Positions 1 to 8,814 of a stretch of 42,429 nt of DNA are shown here, one piece after another (position 1 is the stretch's first letter; every line of letters starts with the position of its first letter). A model generated the notes under the pieces. The model worked only from the letters and a program-made list of their open reading frames with translations. It ran no database searches and had not been told where the DNA came from. Both the position numbers and the translations under genes were made by a program. The DNA lies in NCBI GenBank assembly GCA_012697465.1, contig GCA_012697465.1_4985.1; one strand, given 5' to 3'. This DNA comes from a phage.

Positions 1-1371
1 AAAAAAACCATGCTTGTCATTCTCAAGCAGGTTGCAAAACTGCGGAAACACGAACAGTCAGCGGTTCTGACGCAGCTTTTTGGCAAAGAGGTTGTGGGTT
101 CAATTGCGCCATTGCTGACGAACATCAAGGAACTGGAAAAGAATTTTGACGCTGTAGCGGACAAAATGAAATATGCCGGTTCGATGGAAAAAGAATACCA
201 GGCACGTGCCGCAACAACGGCAAACGCACTGGTAATATTCCGAAACCAGATCACCGCACTTGGTATCACTATTGGCAGCGTGCTGCTTCCAGCAGTCAAC
301 AGCGTCCTGAAAACCATTAGTCCGTGGATTGGCAAGGTTACAGAACTGGCGCAAGCGCACCCGGTTGTCACCAAAGCCATTGTAGCAACGGCTGGTGCGC
401 TGATTACCATGCGCATTGCCACGTTTGCTGCTGGCTTCGCGTTCACTTACCTGCGCGGTGGTGCGCTTCGTGTTGTAGGTGCCCTGGCTGGTGCCCGCGC
501 ACAGATGGCACTGACGGCGGTTTCCTCGCGTGCGGTTGGTGCCGCAGCTACCGTGGCCAACGGCGGACTGTTGGGCATGGCAACGCGTGGAATCCCTGCC
601 GTTGTCGCTGGCGTGCGCGCCATCGGTGCAGCGTTCATTTCAACCGGCATTGGTGCCCTGATTACCGGCCTGGCGCTTGGCGGCCTGTGGATTTACCGCA
701 ATTGGGCTGGCGTCAAAGCGTTCATGACAGGCACGTTGCAGGGCATCCAGCAAGGGTTGCAGCCTGTAACGGAGAAATTCCAGGCGCTGTGGGATAAGTT
801 AGGACCAGTCAAAACCGCGTTCCAGTGGGTTGCTGACGCTGCTGGCAAGGCGTGGGATTGGTTTACCAAACTGGCCGAGCCTGTGAGTTACAGCGGCGAA
901 GAACTGAAAAAGGCCGGTGACGCTGGCCAGCAGTTCGGCAAGGCGCTGGCGGCAGGCATTGATTTTGTGTTGGGGCCGATTCAGTTCCTGATTGATAAGA
1001 TCATTTGGGTTTCTGACAACATTGGCGCGCTGACGCAAAAAGCCGTTGAGTTCAAAAACAGCGTTTCTGACATGGCTGGTGGTGCCTGGCAGAAAACGAA
1101 AGACTTTTTCAGAAACCCGTTTGGCGGTGATGACGTGCCGGAAGGAAACACTCTGGCGACACCGCAGACACCAGCAAGCGCATTGCCAGCACCGGCACTG
1201 GCTAACCGTGGAGGCAGTACCTACCAGGACAACAGCCAAACTACGATGCAGATCGTGCAGCGCCCTGGTGAGAACACCACAGACCTGGCCAAACGTATTG
1301 CCGACGAACAGGAGCGCCGCCGCCAGGTGCGGCAGCGCAGCATGATGAATGACGGAGTGACGGCACCATGA
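1..1371 (+). CDS. Tail tape measure protein, C-terminal part (gene start lies off the left edge; matching N-terminal part at 41455-42429)
   Basis: ORF open from base 1 in the frame of the ATG at 10; Ala/Gly-rich with hydrophobic stretches; sits directly upstream of gpU/gpX/gpD homologues as in P2-type tail modules. Confidence 0.7.
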   Translation, partial: KKTMLVILKQVAKLRKHEQSAVLTQLFGKEVVGSIAPLLTNIKELEKNFDAVADKMKYAGSMEKEYQARAATTANALVIFRNQITALGITIGSVLLPAVNSVLKTISPWIGKVTELAQAHPVVTKAIVATAGALITMRIATFAAGFAFTYLRGGALRVVGALAGARAQMALTAVSSRAVGAAATVANGGLLGMATRGIPAVVAGVRAIGAAFISTGIGALITGLALGGLWIYRNWAGVKAFMTGTLQGIQQGLQPVTEKFQALWDKLGPVKTAFQWVADAAGKAWDWFTKLAEPVSYSGEELKKAGDAGQQFGKALAAGIDFVLGPIQFLIDKIIWVSDNIGALTQKAVEFKNSVSDMAGGAWQKTKDFFRNPFGGDDVPEGNTLATPQTPASALPAPALANRGGSTYQDNSQTTMQIVQRPGENTTDLAKRIADEQERRRQVRQRSMMNDGVTAP

Positions 1372-1778
1372 CCAGTTTCACGATTTTAACCGGGCAGACC
1401 AACATCATGATGATGTTGGGCGGCTTCCAGTTCTGCATCCTTACTGCGGCATATCAGGAACTGAACCGCCACAGCGAATATAAGTGGCCATCGCAGCACC
1501 GCTTTGGCCAGCGCCCATCATCGCAATTCGTGGGCATCGGAGAGGAAACCATCACTCTGGCTGGCATCATTTACCCTGAATACCGTGGAGGATTTCAGCA
1601 GGTGGAGCAAATGCGCAGCATGGCTGGCCGTGGTCAGCCGCTGTTGCTGGTGGACGGCCTTGGTAAGCTGTGGGGCCGCTGGGTGATTGAAGCCATTGAC
1701 GAAAAACAATCATTGTTTGCCGCGTTCGGTGCGCCGCGCAAACAGGAATTCAATTTGCAACTGCGGCGGTTCAACTAA
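1368..1778 (+). CDS. P2 gpU-like tail protein
   Basis: 136-aa ORF, ATGA overlap with the preceding stop; sequence and position (after tape measure, before X and D) match the P2 gpU family. Confidence 0.75.
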   Translation: MTSFTILTGQTNIMMMLGGFQFCILTAAYQELNRHSEYKWPSQHRFGQRPSSQFVGIGEETITLAGIIYPEYRGGFQQVEQMRSMAGRGQPLLLVDGLGKLWGRWVIEAIDEKQSLFAAFGAPRKQEFNLQLRRFN

Positions 1779-1987
1779 TGCAAACTTACATTACCAAAGA
1801 CGGTGACACAGCGGATTACATCGCCTGGAAATACTACGGCAACCAGGACGATGGCACCGTGGAAGCACTGCTGGACGCCAACAAAGGGCTGGCAGACCGT
1901 GGACCTGTGCTGCCTGCTGGCCTGGTCATCAACCTGCCGGAAATCACGACACCAGCAACCACGCAGGGCATCAAATTATGGGATTAA
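1778..1987 (+). CDS. P2 gpX-like tail protein (LysM-like)
   Basis: 69-aa ORF with the GDT.D.IAW..YG...LL.AN..LAD.G..LPAG pattern typical of phage tail protein X. Confidence 0.7.
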   Translation: MQTYITKDGDTADYIAWKYYGNQDDGTVEALLDANKGLADRGPVLPAGLVINLPEITTPATTQGIKLWD

Positions 1988-3132
1988 CAGGGATTGCGCC
2001 AGCGTTTCGCGTGCTGGCCAACGGCGATGACATCACCGCCAAAATCAATGAACGCCTGATAAGCCTTAGTCTGTCTGACGGCGTAGGGCTGGAATCTGAC
2101 ACGCTGGAAATCAGTCTGGCGGATGATGAACCGGCTAACCCAATCCAGATGCCGGAAACAGGCGCAGAACTGGAACTGTTCCTGGGTTATGACAACTGGA
2201 CCCAACGCATGGGCCTGTTTATCTGTGACGAAGTGGAACTGGCTGGCTGGCCAGGCACCATGACCATCAGGGCGCGCGCTGCCACCTATGACAAGTCAAA
2301 GGGCGGCAAAACCGACCTGCAAACGCAAAAATCACGTAGCTGGACCAAAGGCACGAAGTTTGGCGACATGGTGAAGAAGATAGCCAGCGAACACGGCATG
2401 GAATCAGCCGTGTCAGATAGCATGGCCAAAATCACTCTTCCACACACCGACCAGGCCGATGAATCTGACCTGAACCTGTTACTGCGACTGGCCAAGAAAT
2501 ATGACGGCGTAGTGAAACCATCAGGCGGCAAAATCACGGTCACGAAGCGCGGCGAAGGTAAGACGGCCAGCGGCGAAGAACTGCCAACCATAACGCTGAC
2601 GGCGCAGGATTGCACCGCATTCCGGCTAACCAGCCAGAAGCGCGAAAACGCAGGCACGGTGGTGGCTTACTACCAGGTGACGAAGAAGGCAGCGCGCAAC
2701 GAAGTGAAGGTGGGAGAAGGTGAGCCGGTCAAACGGATTGGAAAATACTACCCAACGCAGGCAATGGCACTGGACGCAGCCAAAGCCGAATTGTCGAAGC
2801 GTCAGCGTAACCAGGTAACTGTTGCCGTGACGCTGCCGGGTGACCCGACCATTGCCGCTGAATGCAAACTGGTGCTGGCTGGGTTTCGTGACGGAATTGA
2901 TGGCGAATGGCTGATTACCCGCGCAGATCACCGGCTGGATGACAACGGTTATTCGTGCGACGTGGAAGCAACGAAGCCGAACAGCGAGGAAGAACCGCAT
3001 GTGCAAATCATCGAGCGCAGGAAGCCGCAAGAAAGCGACCCGCCTGATGATGATGGTCCAGGACACGTGATCGAAGAAAAGGACATTAACGAAGGCGATG
3101 ACGGACCTGGTCACGTCATCGAAGAAAAATAA
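1978..3132 (+). CDS. P2 gpD-like tail protein (late control D family) with C-terminal tandem repeat
   Basis: N-terminus AFRVLANGDDIT...LSLSDGVGLESDTLEISLADDE fits the gpD family; C-terminus carries two copies of DDGPGHVIEEK (about 3049-3129). Confidence 0.8.
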   Translation: MGLTGIAPAFRVLANGDDITAKINERLISLSLSDGVGLESDTLEISLADDEPANPIQMPETGAELELFLGYDNWTQRMGLFICDEVELAGWPGTMTIRARAATYDKSKGGKTDLQTQKSRSWTKGTKFGDMVKKIASEHGMESAVSDSMAKITLPHTDQADESDLNLLLRLAKKYDGVVKPSGGKITVTKRGEGKTASGEELPTITLTAQDCTAFRLTSQKRENAGTVVAYYQVTKKAARNEVKVGEGEPVKRIGKYYPTQAMALDAAKAELSKRQRNQVTVAVTLPGDPTIAAECKLVLAGFRDGIDGEWLITRADHRLDDNGYSCDVEATKPNSEEEPHVQIIERRKPQESDPPDDDGPGHVIEEKDINEGDDGPGHVIEEK

Positions 3133-3149
3133 CAACAAACATTGTTGCA

Positions 3150-3165
3150 ATCATTCTGCATCATC
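3150..3165 (+). repeat. 16-bp exact direct repeat ATCATTCTGCATCATC, left copy
   Basis: Identical 16-mer also at 5777-5792; the two copies bracket the accessory genes and the tRNA. Confidence 0.6.
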
Positions 3166-3226
3166 GTATATCATTACCTTAACCGGGCGGAATACCCGCC
3201 CGGACTACTAACGAGGTAATGCCCAC

Positions 3227-3973
3227 ATGAACACATCAAATAAAACCCTGCTGCAAATACTGGTTGAAGAACTACCGAAACGTGGAGGATGGCCTGATGG
3301 TGCGCTAAATGCCACACAAGATAAAGATGGCGAAGTATGCTTTTCTGACGGTGCAGTCCCTGAATTTGGCCTCGCTGCTTGGGAGGGTGGCAACTGGTGC
3401 GGAAATGAGTTTTACACAATTACGGCCATCGACTACGCCACTGCCATCATAACCCGCGACCAGTACGAAGCCGCGCTGGCAGCCAGTAAAGAACTGCGCC
3501 CGTATCAGGTTTCAACCGAACACTACACTTCTCACGCAAGCGCAGGCAAAACCGCCAGTGCCGACGACACTGACGGCTGGATTCAATGGGCTGGTGGTGA
3601 ATGCCCGGTGGAACGTGGCACGCTGGTTGATATCAAAGACCGTGACGGATTCGTACATTTAGGTGTTGAAGCATTAGACAATAACAATGCCGATGATGTT
3701 TTTTGGCAGCGTGGCGTTTGTGGTGTCAGCGATAACGAAATAATCGCCTACCGCCTGAACCAGACGCAGGACACCAACACCCGCGCGAACGATGACATCC
3801 TGGAAGCCGGCCTGAACGACTGCATTGGCCAGGCGCAAAGCAATGACCATGCGCGCGATGAAATTCTTTACGAACTGGCTAACTTTGCAGCCACTACAAA
3901 AACCAGTCTTGACATTGGTGTTGCCACAGAAATTGCAATTTGGCTTTCTGGCAAAGGTTATCGTAAACAATGA
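3227..3973 (+). CDS. Hypothetical protein (accessory/moron candidate)
   Basis: 248-aa ORF with ATG start in the att-proximal accessory locus; no recognisable motif. Confidence 0.5.
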   Translation: MNTSNKTLLQILVEELPKRGGWPDGALNATQDKDGEVCFSDGAVPEFGLAAWEGGNWCGNEFYTITAIDYATAIITRDQYEAALAASKELRPYQVSTEHYTSHASAGKTASADDTDGWIQWAGGECPVERGTLVDIKDRDGFVHLGVEALDNNNADDVFWQRGVCGVSDNEIIAYRLNQTQDTNTRANDDILEAGLNDCIGQAQSNDHARDEILYELANFAATTKTSLDIGVATEIAIWLSGKGYRKQ

Positions 3974-4053
3974 TTGTTAAAAAACGCGATCTGCCCATCA
4001 TTATTGTATGGGCTTCATTTCTAATCACTTCATTTGTATTGGGGTTTATTTAA

Positions 4054-4935
4054 ATGGCTACTATTGGACAACTCTATAAAGCAGGTGCCACCGAAGCAAA
4101 GCCGCGCAAGGTGTTTTGGGTGCCGCTGGCTGAACTGTATGTGGAAAATGGCTACAACATCCGTGACGTGGACCAGGCGCACGTTGAAGAATTCCGCGAT
4201 GCGTACCTGGCAGGTGAATATGTACCTCCGCTGACCGTGGAAGTGACGCAGCATGGCATCAAGGTGATTGACGGGCACCACCGCTTTGCCGGTGCCAAGA
4301 TGGCCGCAGAAACCGGCTTGGAACTGCGCCTGGAAGTGAACGACATCACCGGCACCAGTGAGGCTGACAAAATCGCGCTGATGGTCACCAGCAGCCAGGG
4401 CAAGCCGCTGGAACCGCTGGAACGCGCCAAAGCCTATGCGCGCCTGAAAGCGCAGGGCTGGACCAATGACGAGATAGCCAGGAAGGTAAAGCGCAGCCCG
4501 TCAGACGTGGCCAACATGCTTGCCCTGGCTGAATGCCCGGAACCCATCAAAGACATGGTGCGCGGCGGCCAGATGTCCTACGTGACCGCCACCGAACTGA
4601 CCCGCCAGCATGGCGCCGAAGCCGAAGCCGTGGCCGCACAGGCGCTGGAAGAAGCCAAAGCCGCTGGCAAGGATAAAGTAACAAAGAAATTCACCGAACC
4701 GAAGGCACCGAAAGCGCAGAAGTCCAAGCCGGAAGCCATCCAGCCACCGTTCGGCAAAGACAAGCTGACGCGCATGGCTGACCTGGCTGTGCATATCGAA
4801 CTGGTTCACAGCGATGAACGCCTGGAAGATGCCGAGGATGACGAATCCATGACCCTGCGCGCACCTGCTGGCGTGGTGCGTGAATTCATGGCGCTGGTGG
4901 CTGACTACGTTGGTGGGGTGAATGATGACCAATAA
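4054..4935 (+). CDS. ParB/Srx-like nuclease-domain protein with HTH region
   Basis: N-terminal region with IKVIDGHHRFAGA (ParB N-terminal domain GxxR-type box) followed by a helix-turn-helix-like segment WTNDEIARKVKRSPSDVANMLAL; acidic C-terminus. Confidence 0.6.
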   Translation: MATIGQLYKAGATEAKPRKVFWVPLAELYVENGYNIRDVDQAHVEEFRDAYLAGEYVPPLTVEVTQHGIKVIDGHHRFAGAKMAAETGLELRLEVNDITGTSEADKIALMVTSSQGKPLEPLERAKAYARLKAQGWTNDEIARKVKRSPSDVANMLALAECPEPIKDMVRGGQMSYVTATELTRQHGAEAEAVAAQALEEAKAAGKDKVTKKFTEPKAPKAQKSKPEAIQPPFGKDKLTRMADLAVHIELVHSDERLEDAEDDESMTLRAPAGVVREFMALVADYVGGVNDDQ

Positions 4936-5164
4936 CGAATTCAACACACTACGTGACAGGATGCGCACCGAAAAGGTGATGGCAAAATCCAAGCTGCGCG
5001 AACTTTTTTACAAGGATGTGAAGGCTTTAACCCGCTCGCCTGAATTTGCCAGCGGTGGTTATGCGTCAATAAAAGCTGGCGGTGATTACCCGTACAAGAA
5101 CCAAAGCAAAACAGTAAAGCTGAAACTACGTTGCGGATACCTGAGCGCAAAGGTGATCGTATGA
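4922..5164 (+). CDS. Hypothetical small basic protein
   Basis: 80-aa ORF overlapping the end of the ParB-like gene; Lys-rich; no motif recognised. Confidence 0.35.
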   Translation: MMTNNEFNTLRDRMRTEKVMAKSKLRELFYKDVKALTRSPEFASGGYASIKAGGDYPYKNQSKTVKLKLRCGYLSAKVIV

Positions 5165-5454
5165 AAGGCGAACTGAAAGCCGGTGGCCTGGCGCTGGTTT
5201 ACGGGCTGAGTGAAGATGTTCAGCAATGGAATGGCCGGTCAGTCACACTGCTTGAAAGACGCGATGATATACCAGACGACTATTCGGCGACCTGGTGGCG
5301 TTGCGAATACAGCGCAGGCATGGTGATTCACGTGGCACCAAAAAACCTGCTGCCAATAGGCGGCGACGATCAGTTTCTGGCAAGCGCAACAGGCGAAGGG
5401 CTGAACAGACTGGCTGAACAATTTGGATTCAAACCCGCCGAACTGACGGCGTAA
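5161..5454 (+). CDS. Hypothetical protein
   Basis: ATG at 5161 overlaps the upstream stop (ATGA); last gene of the accessory operon; followed by a terminator. Confidence 0.4.
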   Translation: MKGELKAGGLALVYGLSEDVQQWNGRSVTLLERRDDIPDDYSATWWRCEYSAGMVIHVAPKNLLPIGGDDQFLASATGEGLNRLAEQFGFKPAELTA

Positions 5455-5465
5455 GTGTAACCAAC

Positions 5466-5492
5466 AGCCCTCCACCTGGAGGGCTTTTTGTT
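5466..5492 (+). terminator. Rho-independent terminator of the accessory operon
   Basis: AGCCCTCC-ACCT-GGAGGGCT hairpin followed by TTTTGTT; abuts the 3' end of the tRNA. Confidence 0.6.
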
Positions 5493-5495
5493 GGG

Positions 5496-5572
5496 TGGCG
5501 ACCCCTACAGGAATCGAACCTGTAACCTACAGCTTAGAAGGCTGTCGCTCTATCCGGTTGAGCTAAGGGGCC
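5496..5572 (-). tRNA. tRNA-Arg (anticodon UCU)
   Basis: 77-nt cloverleaf folded by hand on the minus strand: 7-bp acceptor stem, D arm, anticodon stem ACAGC/GCUGU with loop CUUCUAA, T arm ACAGG-UUCGAUU-CCUGU, encoded CCA end. Confidence 0.8.
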
Positions 5573-5616
5573 GTGTAATTATGTGGCGTGATTCGCGGTT
5601 AAGGTTTTGCACTACC

Positions 5617-5640
5617 GTACCCTAAACCATACCCTAAACC
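5617..5640 (+). repeat. Tandem direct repeats (G/A)TACCCTAAACC x2, candidate integrase arm-type sites
   Basis: Two adjacent 12-mers between tRNA and int; a third copy plus a partial copy at 5841-5860. Confidence 0.4.
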
Positions 5641-5776
5641 GTTTTGCCTATCGGCTAAGTATCTGTAATTCCTCGCTTATTAACTTTGTTGCAATCCGCT
5701 TAGAAGGCGGTTACAGTGGCTTAATCGCAAGTCATTACAAATCACGCGAACAGCCACTAAGCCACTGCGTTTAAAC

Positions 5777-5792
5777 ATCATTCTGCATCATC
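5777..5792 (+). repeat. 16-bp exact direct repeat ATCATTCTGCATCATC, right copy
   Basis: Identical to 3150-3165; 84 nt upstream of the int start codon. Confidence 0.6.
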
Positions 5793-5840
5793 CCCGGCTA
5801 AGTGTTTGCGTTCAGATCCTGTTTTGACTTGTGCCGAACC

Positions 5841-5860
5841 GTACCCTAAACCGTACCCCA
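5841..5860 (+). repeat. GTACCCTAAACC plus partial copy GTACCCCA just upstream of int
   Basis: Same 12-mer as at 5617-5640, 17 nt before the int ATG. Confidence 0.4.
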
Positions 5861-5876
5861 ATTCGAGGCATAAGCC

Positions 5877-7088
5877 ATGCTGACAGAACGCCAGATACAG
5901 GCGGCCATGCGCGCCGTGACCAGTGAAACAGTGTTGAACGATGGGGCCGCAGGACGTGGCAGCGGAAGCCTGCGCCTGCGCATTCGTGCCGGTGCAAAAG
6001 GGCCGAACGCTACCTGGCAGGCCGTCTGGTGGAACGCCGGAAAACAGACCAGTAAGGCGCTTGGCCGCTACCCGGATTTGAGCCTGGCCGACGCGCGCCG
6101 GAAGTATGAAACCGAAGTGCGCGACGTGCTGACGGCTGGCCGTGACCCAAACGCAGTGGTTGCAATGGCCGAAACCCCGACCATTGAAAAATTGTTCCAG
6201 TCTTACATCCAGTACCTGCGCGACAAAGAGACGGCGACCACCCACACATCAGAACACCTGCTGCTGACCGGCAAATACAACGCCGCTGATTTGCTTGGCC
6301 GCAACACCATTGCGTCAACCATCGAACCTGCCGACATCGCCAACGTGCTGGCCAAAGGCGTGAAGCGTGGCGCACGCCGAACCACCGACATGCAGCGCAC
6401 CGCCATGATGGCCGCATTTAATTGGGCGATGAAATCGACACACGATTACACGCAGGAAAACCGCATGGATTGGGGGCTGAAATATAACCCTGTTGCAGCC
6501 GTTCCGCGCGACCAGGCAGCCAACCGCACGCTGGATAGAAACCTGTCAGCGGAGGAAATGAAACACGTATGGGATAACGCGCCGGAACAAAGCGGCGACG
6601 TGATGCGCCTGGTGATGTGCACCGGCCAGCGCGTGATTGAAGTCATGCGCATAGCTGGTGCTGACGTGGACCTGAAAGCCAGGCTGTGGACGATGCCAGC
6701 CAGGAAAACAAAGGGCCGCAAGCAAACCCACATGGTGCCGCTGACCACGCAGGCGGTGGACATCCTGGCCACGCTGATTGACCTGTACGGTGACGGTTAC
6801 CTGTTCCCTGCCCGCGCTGGCGCTAAGGGTGACATTATCGGAATCCCAAGCGTCAGCCGTGGTGCCAGCCGCATGGCAGGCATTAAGCCGTTCACCCCGC
6901 GCGACCTGCGCCGCACCTGGAAGTCACGCGCCGGTGACGCTGGCATTGACAGGTTCACGCGTGACCTTATCCAGCAGCACGCGCAGACTGACACCGGCAG
7001 CAAACATTATGACCGCTTTGACTACCTGCCGCAGATGCGTGACGCGATGACCAAATGGGAAGCCTGGCTGGCTGACGCGCTGAAATAA
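5877..7088 (+). CDS. int: Tyrosine site-specific integrase (P4-type)
   Basis: 403 aa; N-terminal arm-binding-like region (GSGSLRLRIRAGAKG...WQAVWW...YPDLSLADAR), catalytic-domain motifs TGQRVIEV, RDLRRTW, and C-terminal H...HYDRFDY...WEAWL tail; next to a tRNA gene. Confidence 0.85.
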   Translation: MLTERQIQAAMRAVTSETVLNDGAAGRGSGSLRLRIRAGAKGPNATWQAVWWNAGKQTSKALGRYPDLSLADARRKYETEVRDVLTAGRDPNAVVAMAETPTIEKLFQSYIQYLRDKETATTHTSEHLLLTGKYNAADLLGRNTIASTIEPADIANVLAKGVKRGARRTTDMQRTAMMAAFNWAMKSTHDYTQENRMDWGLKYNPVAAVPRDQAANRTLDRNLSAEEMKHVWDNAPEQSGDVMRLVMCTGQRVIEVMRIAGADVDLKARLWTMPARKTKGRKQTHMVPLTTQAVDILATLIDLYGDGYLFPARAGAKGDIIGIPSVSRGASRMAGIKPFTPRDLRRTWKSRAGDAGIDRFTRDLIQQHAQTDTGSKHYDRFDYLPQMRDAMTKWEAWLADALK

Positions 7089-7290
7089 AGTTGCGTGTAG
7101 GACAAATCTGATATACAGTTTCTTTATGCACTATGATGCGCTTTTGCGAACACTTCCAACCCCCTGGGTGTTACCTCGCAACGTGAAAGCGCATCGCAGT
7201 GCGACATTCGCACAGACTGGAACTTACCCGACAAGTGATTCCAATAAGGCAGGTGATCTGTATCTCGCATCACAGCGTCACGTGACACAA

Positions 7291-7318
7291 AACCCCGCTT
7301 AGGCGGGGTTTTTCTTTG
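7291..7318. terminator. Bidirectional rho-independent terminator between convergent int and early-left operon
   Basis: CCCCGC-TTAG-GCGGGG hairpin flanked by A-run and TTTTTCTTTGG. Confidence 0.55.
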
Positions 7319-7319
7319 G

Positions 7320-8003
7320 TCATTCGTCGCTGCTTTCGTCATCGCCTTCCGGCGTCATCGCGCCATGTTCCGGGCAGTGAGGCGGCCCGACTTCCAGCCA
7401 CTTTTGCGTAACGCGCACCGTGTAGCCACATTCCTGGCATTCGCACTTTTTCAGCCTGGTGGTTTGCTTAGGCTTCGCCGTGGACGCGCCGCCGACCGGT
7501 GCCACTTCGATTTCTTCCCCTTCCCCATCGTCACCGCCTTCATCCAGGCCGATGCGCAGGCGCGGCACCTTTATGGACATGCCACGGTCAAACGTCAGCT
7601 TGGCGTGTGGCATCGGGCCAAGTTCGTCCAGGAACGGTTTGACGTACTCTTTGAATTTCTCGCCAGGCGTGGTGGCGGTCATCGGTCCATTCAGGCCAAC
7701 AGCCTTGCACACCGTGGCAAACGCACCCTTATGGCCACAGTCAAAACCAACGGTGGCGTGCGTCAGTTCGTGCCACAGGTGGTTTGCGACCAGGTACGGT
7801 TCCACCTGGTCTGGCATGATGAAGATTTCAAAGGTGTTGTCTGAACTGCACTTGCTGTGCCAGCACTGTGCTGCCGTACTGGACCGCGCGCCGCTGCTGC
7901 AAAAGCCAACTGACACGCGGAATTTTGGCATTTCATAGCCGAATTCTTTAAAGCGCGGCGCAAACTTCGCCGCCAAAGCATTTAACCAACCTTCACGGTC
8001 CAT
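7320..8003 (-). CDS. SprT-like zinc metalloprotease-domain protein with C-terminal zinc ribbon
   Basis: HELTH (HExxH) motif and C-terminal CxxC...CPEH ribbon; acidic tail. Confidence 0.5.
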   Translation of the reverse strand: MDREGWLNALAAKFAPRFKEFGYEMPKFRVSVGFCSSGARSSTAAQCWHSKCSSDNTFEIFIMPDQVEPYLVANHLWHELTHATVGFDCGHKGAFATVCKAVGLNGPMTATTPGEKFKEYVKPFLDELGPMPHAKLTFDRGMSIKVPRLRIGLDEGGDDGEGEEIEVAPVGGASTAKPKQTTRLKKCECQECGYTVRVTQKWLEVGPPHCPEHGAMTPEGDDESSDE

Positions 8004-8049
8004 ATATATTTCCTCGCAATGCGTTTAAACGTGTTTAGATTATACAAAG

Positions 8050-8078
8050 CCAAAGAAAAACCCGCCATAACGGCGGGC
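8050..8078 (-). terminator. Internal terminator/attenuator after ssb (minus strand)
   Basis: On the minus strand: CCCGCC-GTTAT-GGCGGG hairpin followed by TTTTTCTTTGG, the same tail as the terminators at 7291 and 20441. Confidence 0.45.
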
Positions 8079-8101
8079 TGATTACTTATAATTATTTGGA
8101 A

Positions 8102-8596
8102 TTAAAACGGGATGTCATCGTCAAAATCCATCGGGGGTTCGTTGCCTGATGGTTTCTGCTGCTGGCCGCCGCCGCTGTGTGTTGGCTGCTGCGGCTGTCC
8201 CCATCCGCCTTGCTGGCCGACCTGGCGTTGCCAACCGGCCTGGTTATCGTTTGCCGCTGACAGCATCAACATGCGGCCATTCATGCCCACCACGATTTCA
8301 GTTGTGTAGCGTTCAACGCCAGCCTGGTCCTGCCACTTTCTGGTTTGCAGTGCGCCTTCAATGAACACCTTGCTGCCTTTGCGCAGGTACTGGCTGGCGA
8401 TTTCTGCCAGCTTTCCGAAGATGACCACGCGGTGCCATTCCGTTTTTTCTTTCTTCTCCCCTGTCTGCTTATCCTTCCAGGTTTCGGACGTAGCAATTGA
8501 TAACTGCGCAACGCCGTTGCCGTTCGGCAGTGTGCGGAATTCTGGATCGTTGCCTAAGTTGCCAATCAATTCTACTTTGTTCAATGAACCGGCCAT
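8102..8596 (-). CDS. ssb: Single-stranded DNA-binding protein
   Basis: OB-fold SSB N-terminus ([14 protein letters not shown]...), Gly/Gln-rich linker and acidic tip DFDDDIPF. Confidence 0.9.
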   Translation of the reverse strand: MAGSLNKVELIGNLGNDPEFRTLPNGNGVAQLSIATSETWKDKQTGEKKEKTEWHRVVIFGKLAEIASQYLRKGSKVFIEGALQTRKWQDQAGVERYTTEIVVGMNGRMLMLSAANDNQAGWQRQVGQQGGWGQPQQPTHSGGGQQQKPSGNEPPMDFDDDIPF

Positions 8597-8604
8597 AATT
8601 GCCC

Positions 8605-8814
8605 CTATTTACGTTTTAAGTGTGCGGCGTGGTCGTTGGCACAATCCGCATCGCAATAAATTTTCTTGCTGCCTTCCGGGAAATCTTCCCCACAGTTCAG
8701 GCAGTAACCCTGCGGCACGGCATGAATCGCCGGTTCCTTCTGGAAATGCGCGGCAATAGCCGCCGCGCGTTCCCGATCTTCACGCTCGCAAGCGCGGTCA
8801 ATATCATCAGCCAT
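8605..8814 (-). CDS. TraR/DksA-family C4 zinc-finger protein (putative)
   Basis: 69 aa with CLNCGE...(13)...CDADC spacing and acidic N-terminal helix typical of phage TraR-like proteins. Confidence 0.45.
   Translation of the reverse strand: MADDIDRACEREDRERAAAIAAHFQKEPAIHAVPQGYCLNCGEDFPEGSKKIYCDADCANDHAAHLKRK

Noticed and set aside
5496-5572. Interpretation of the tRNA as a host gene marking a chromosomal prophage boundary
   Set aside because: The tRNA is flanked on both sides by phage-type genes within what appears to be a single circularly permuted unit, and its sequence departs from the enterobacterial argU I recall; a chromosomal context cannot be fully excluded from this window alone.
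7124-7342. 72-aa minus-strand ORF between int and the SprT-like gene
   Set aside because: It runs through the bidirectional terminator hairpin, has no RBS or recognisable motif, and sits in a region that looks regulatory rather than coding.
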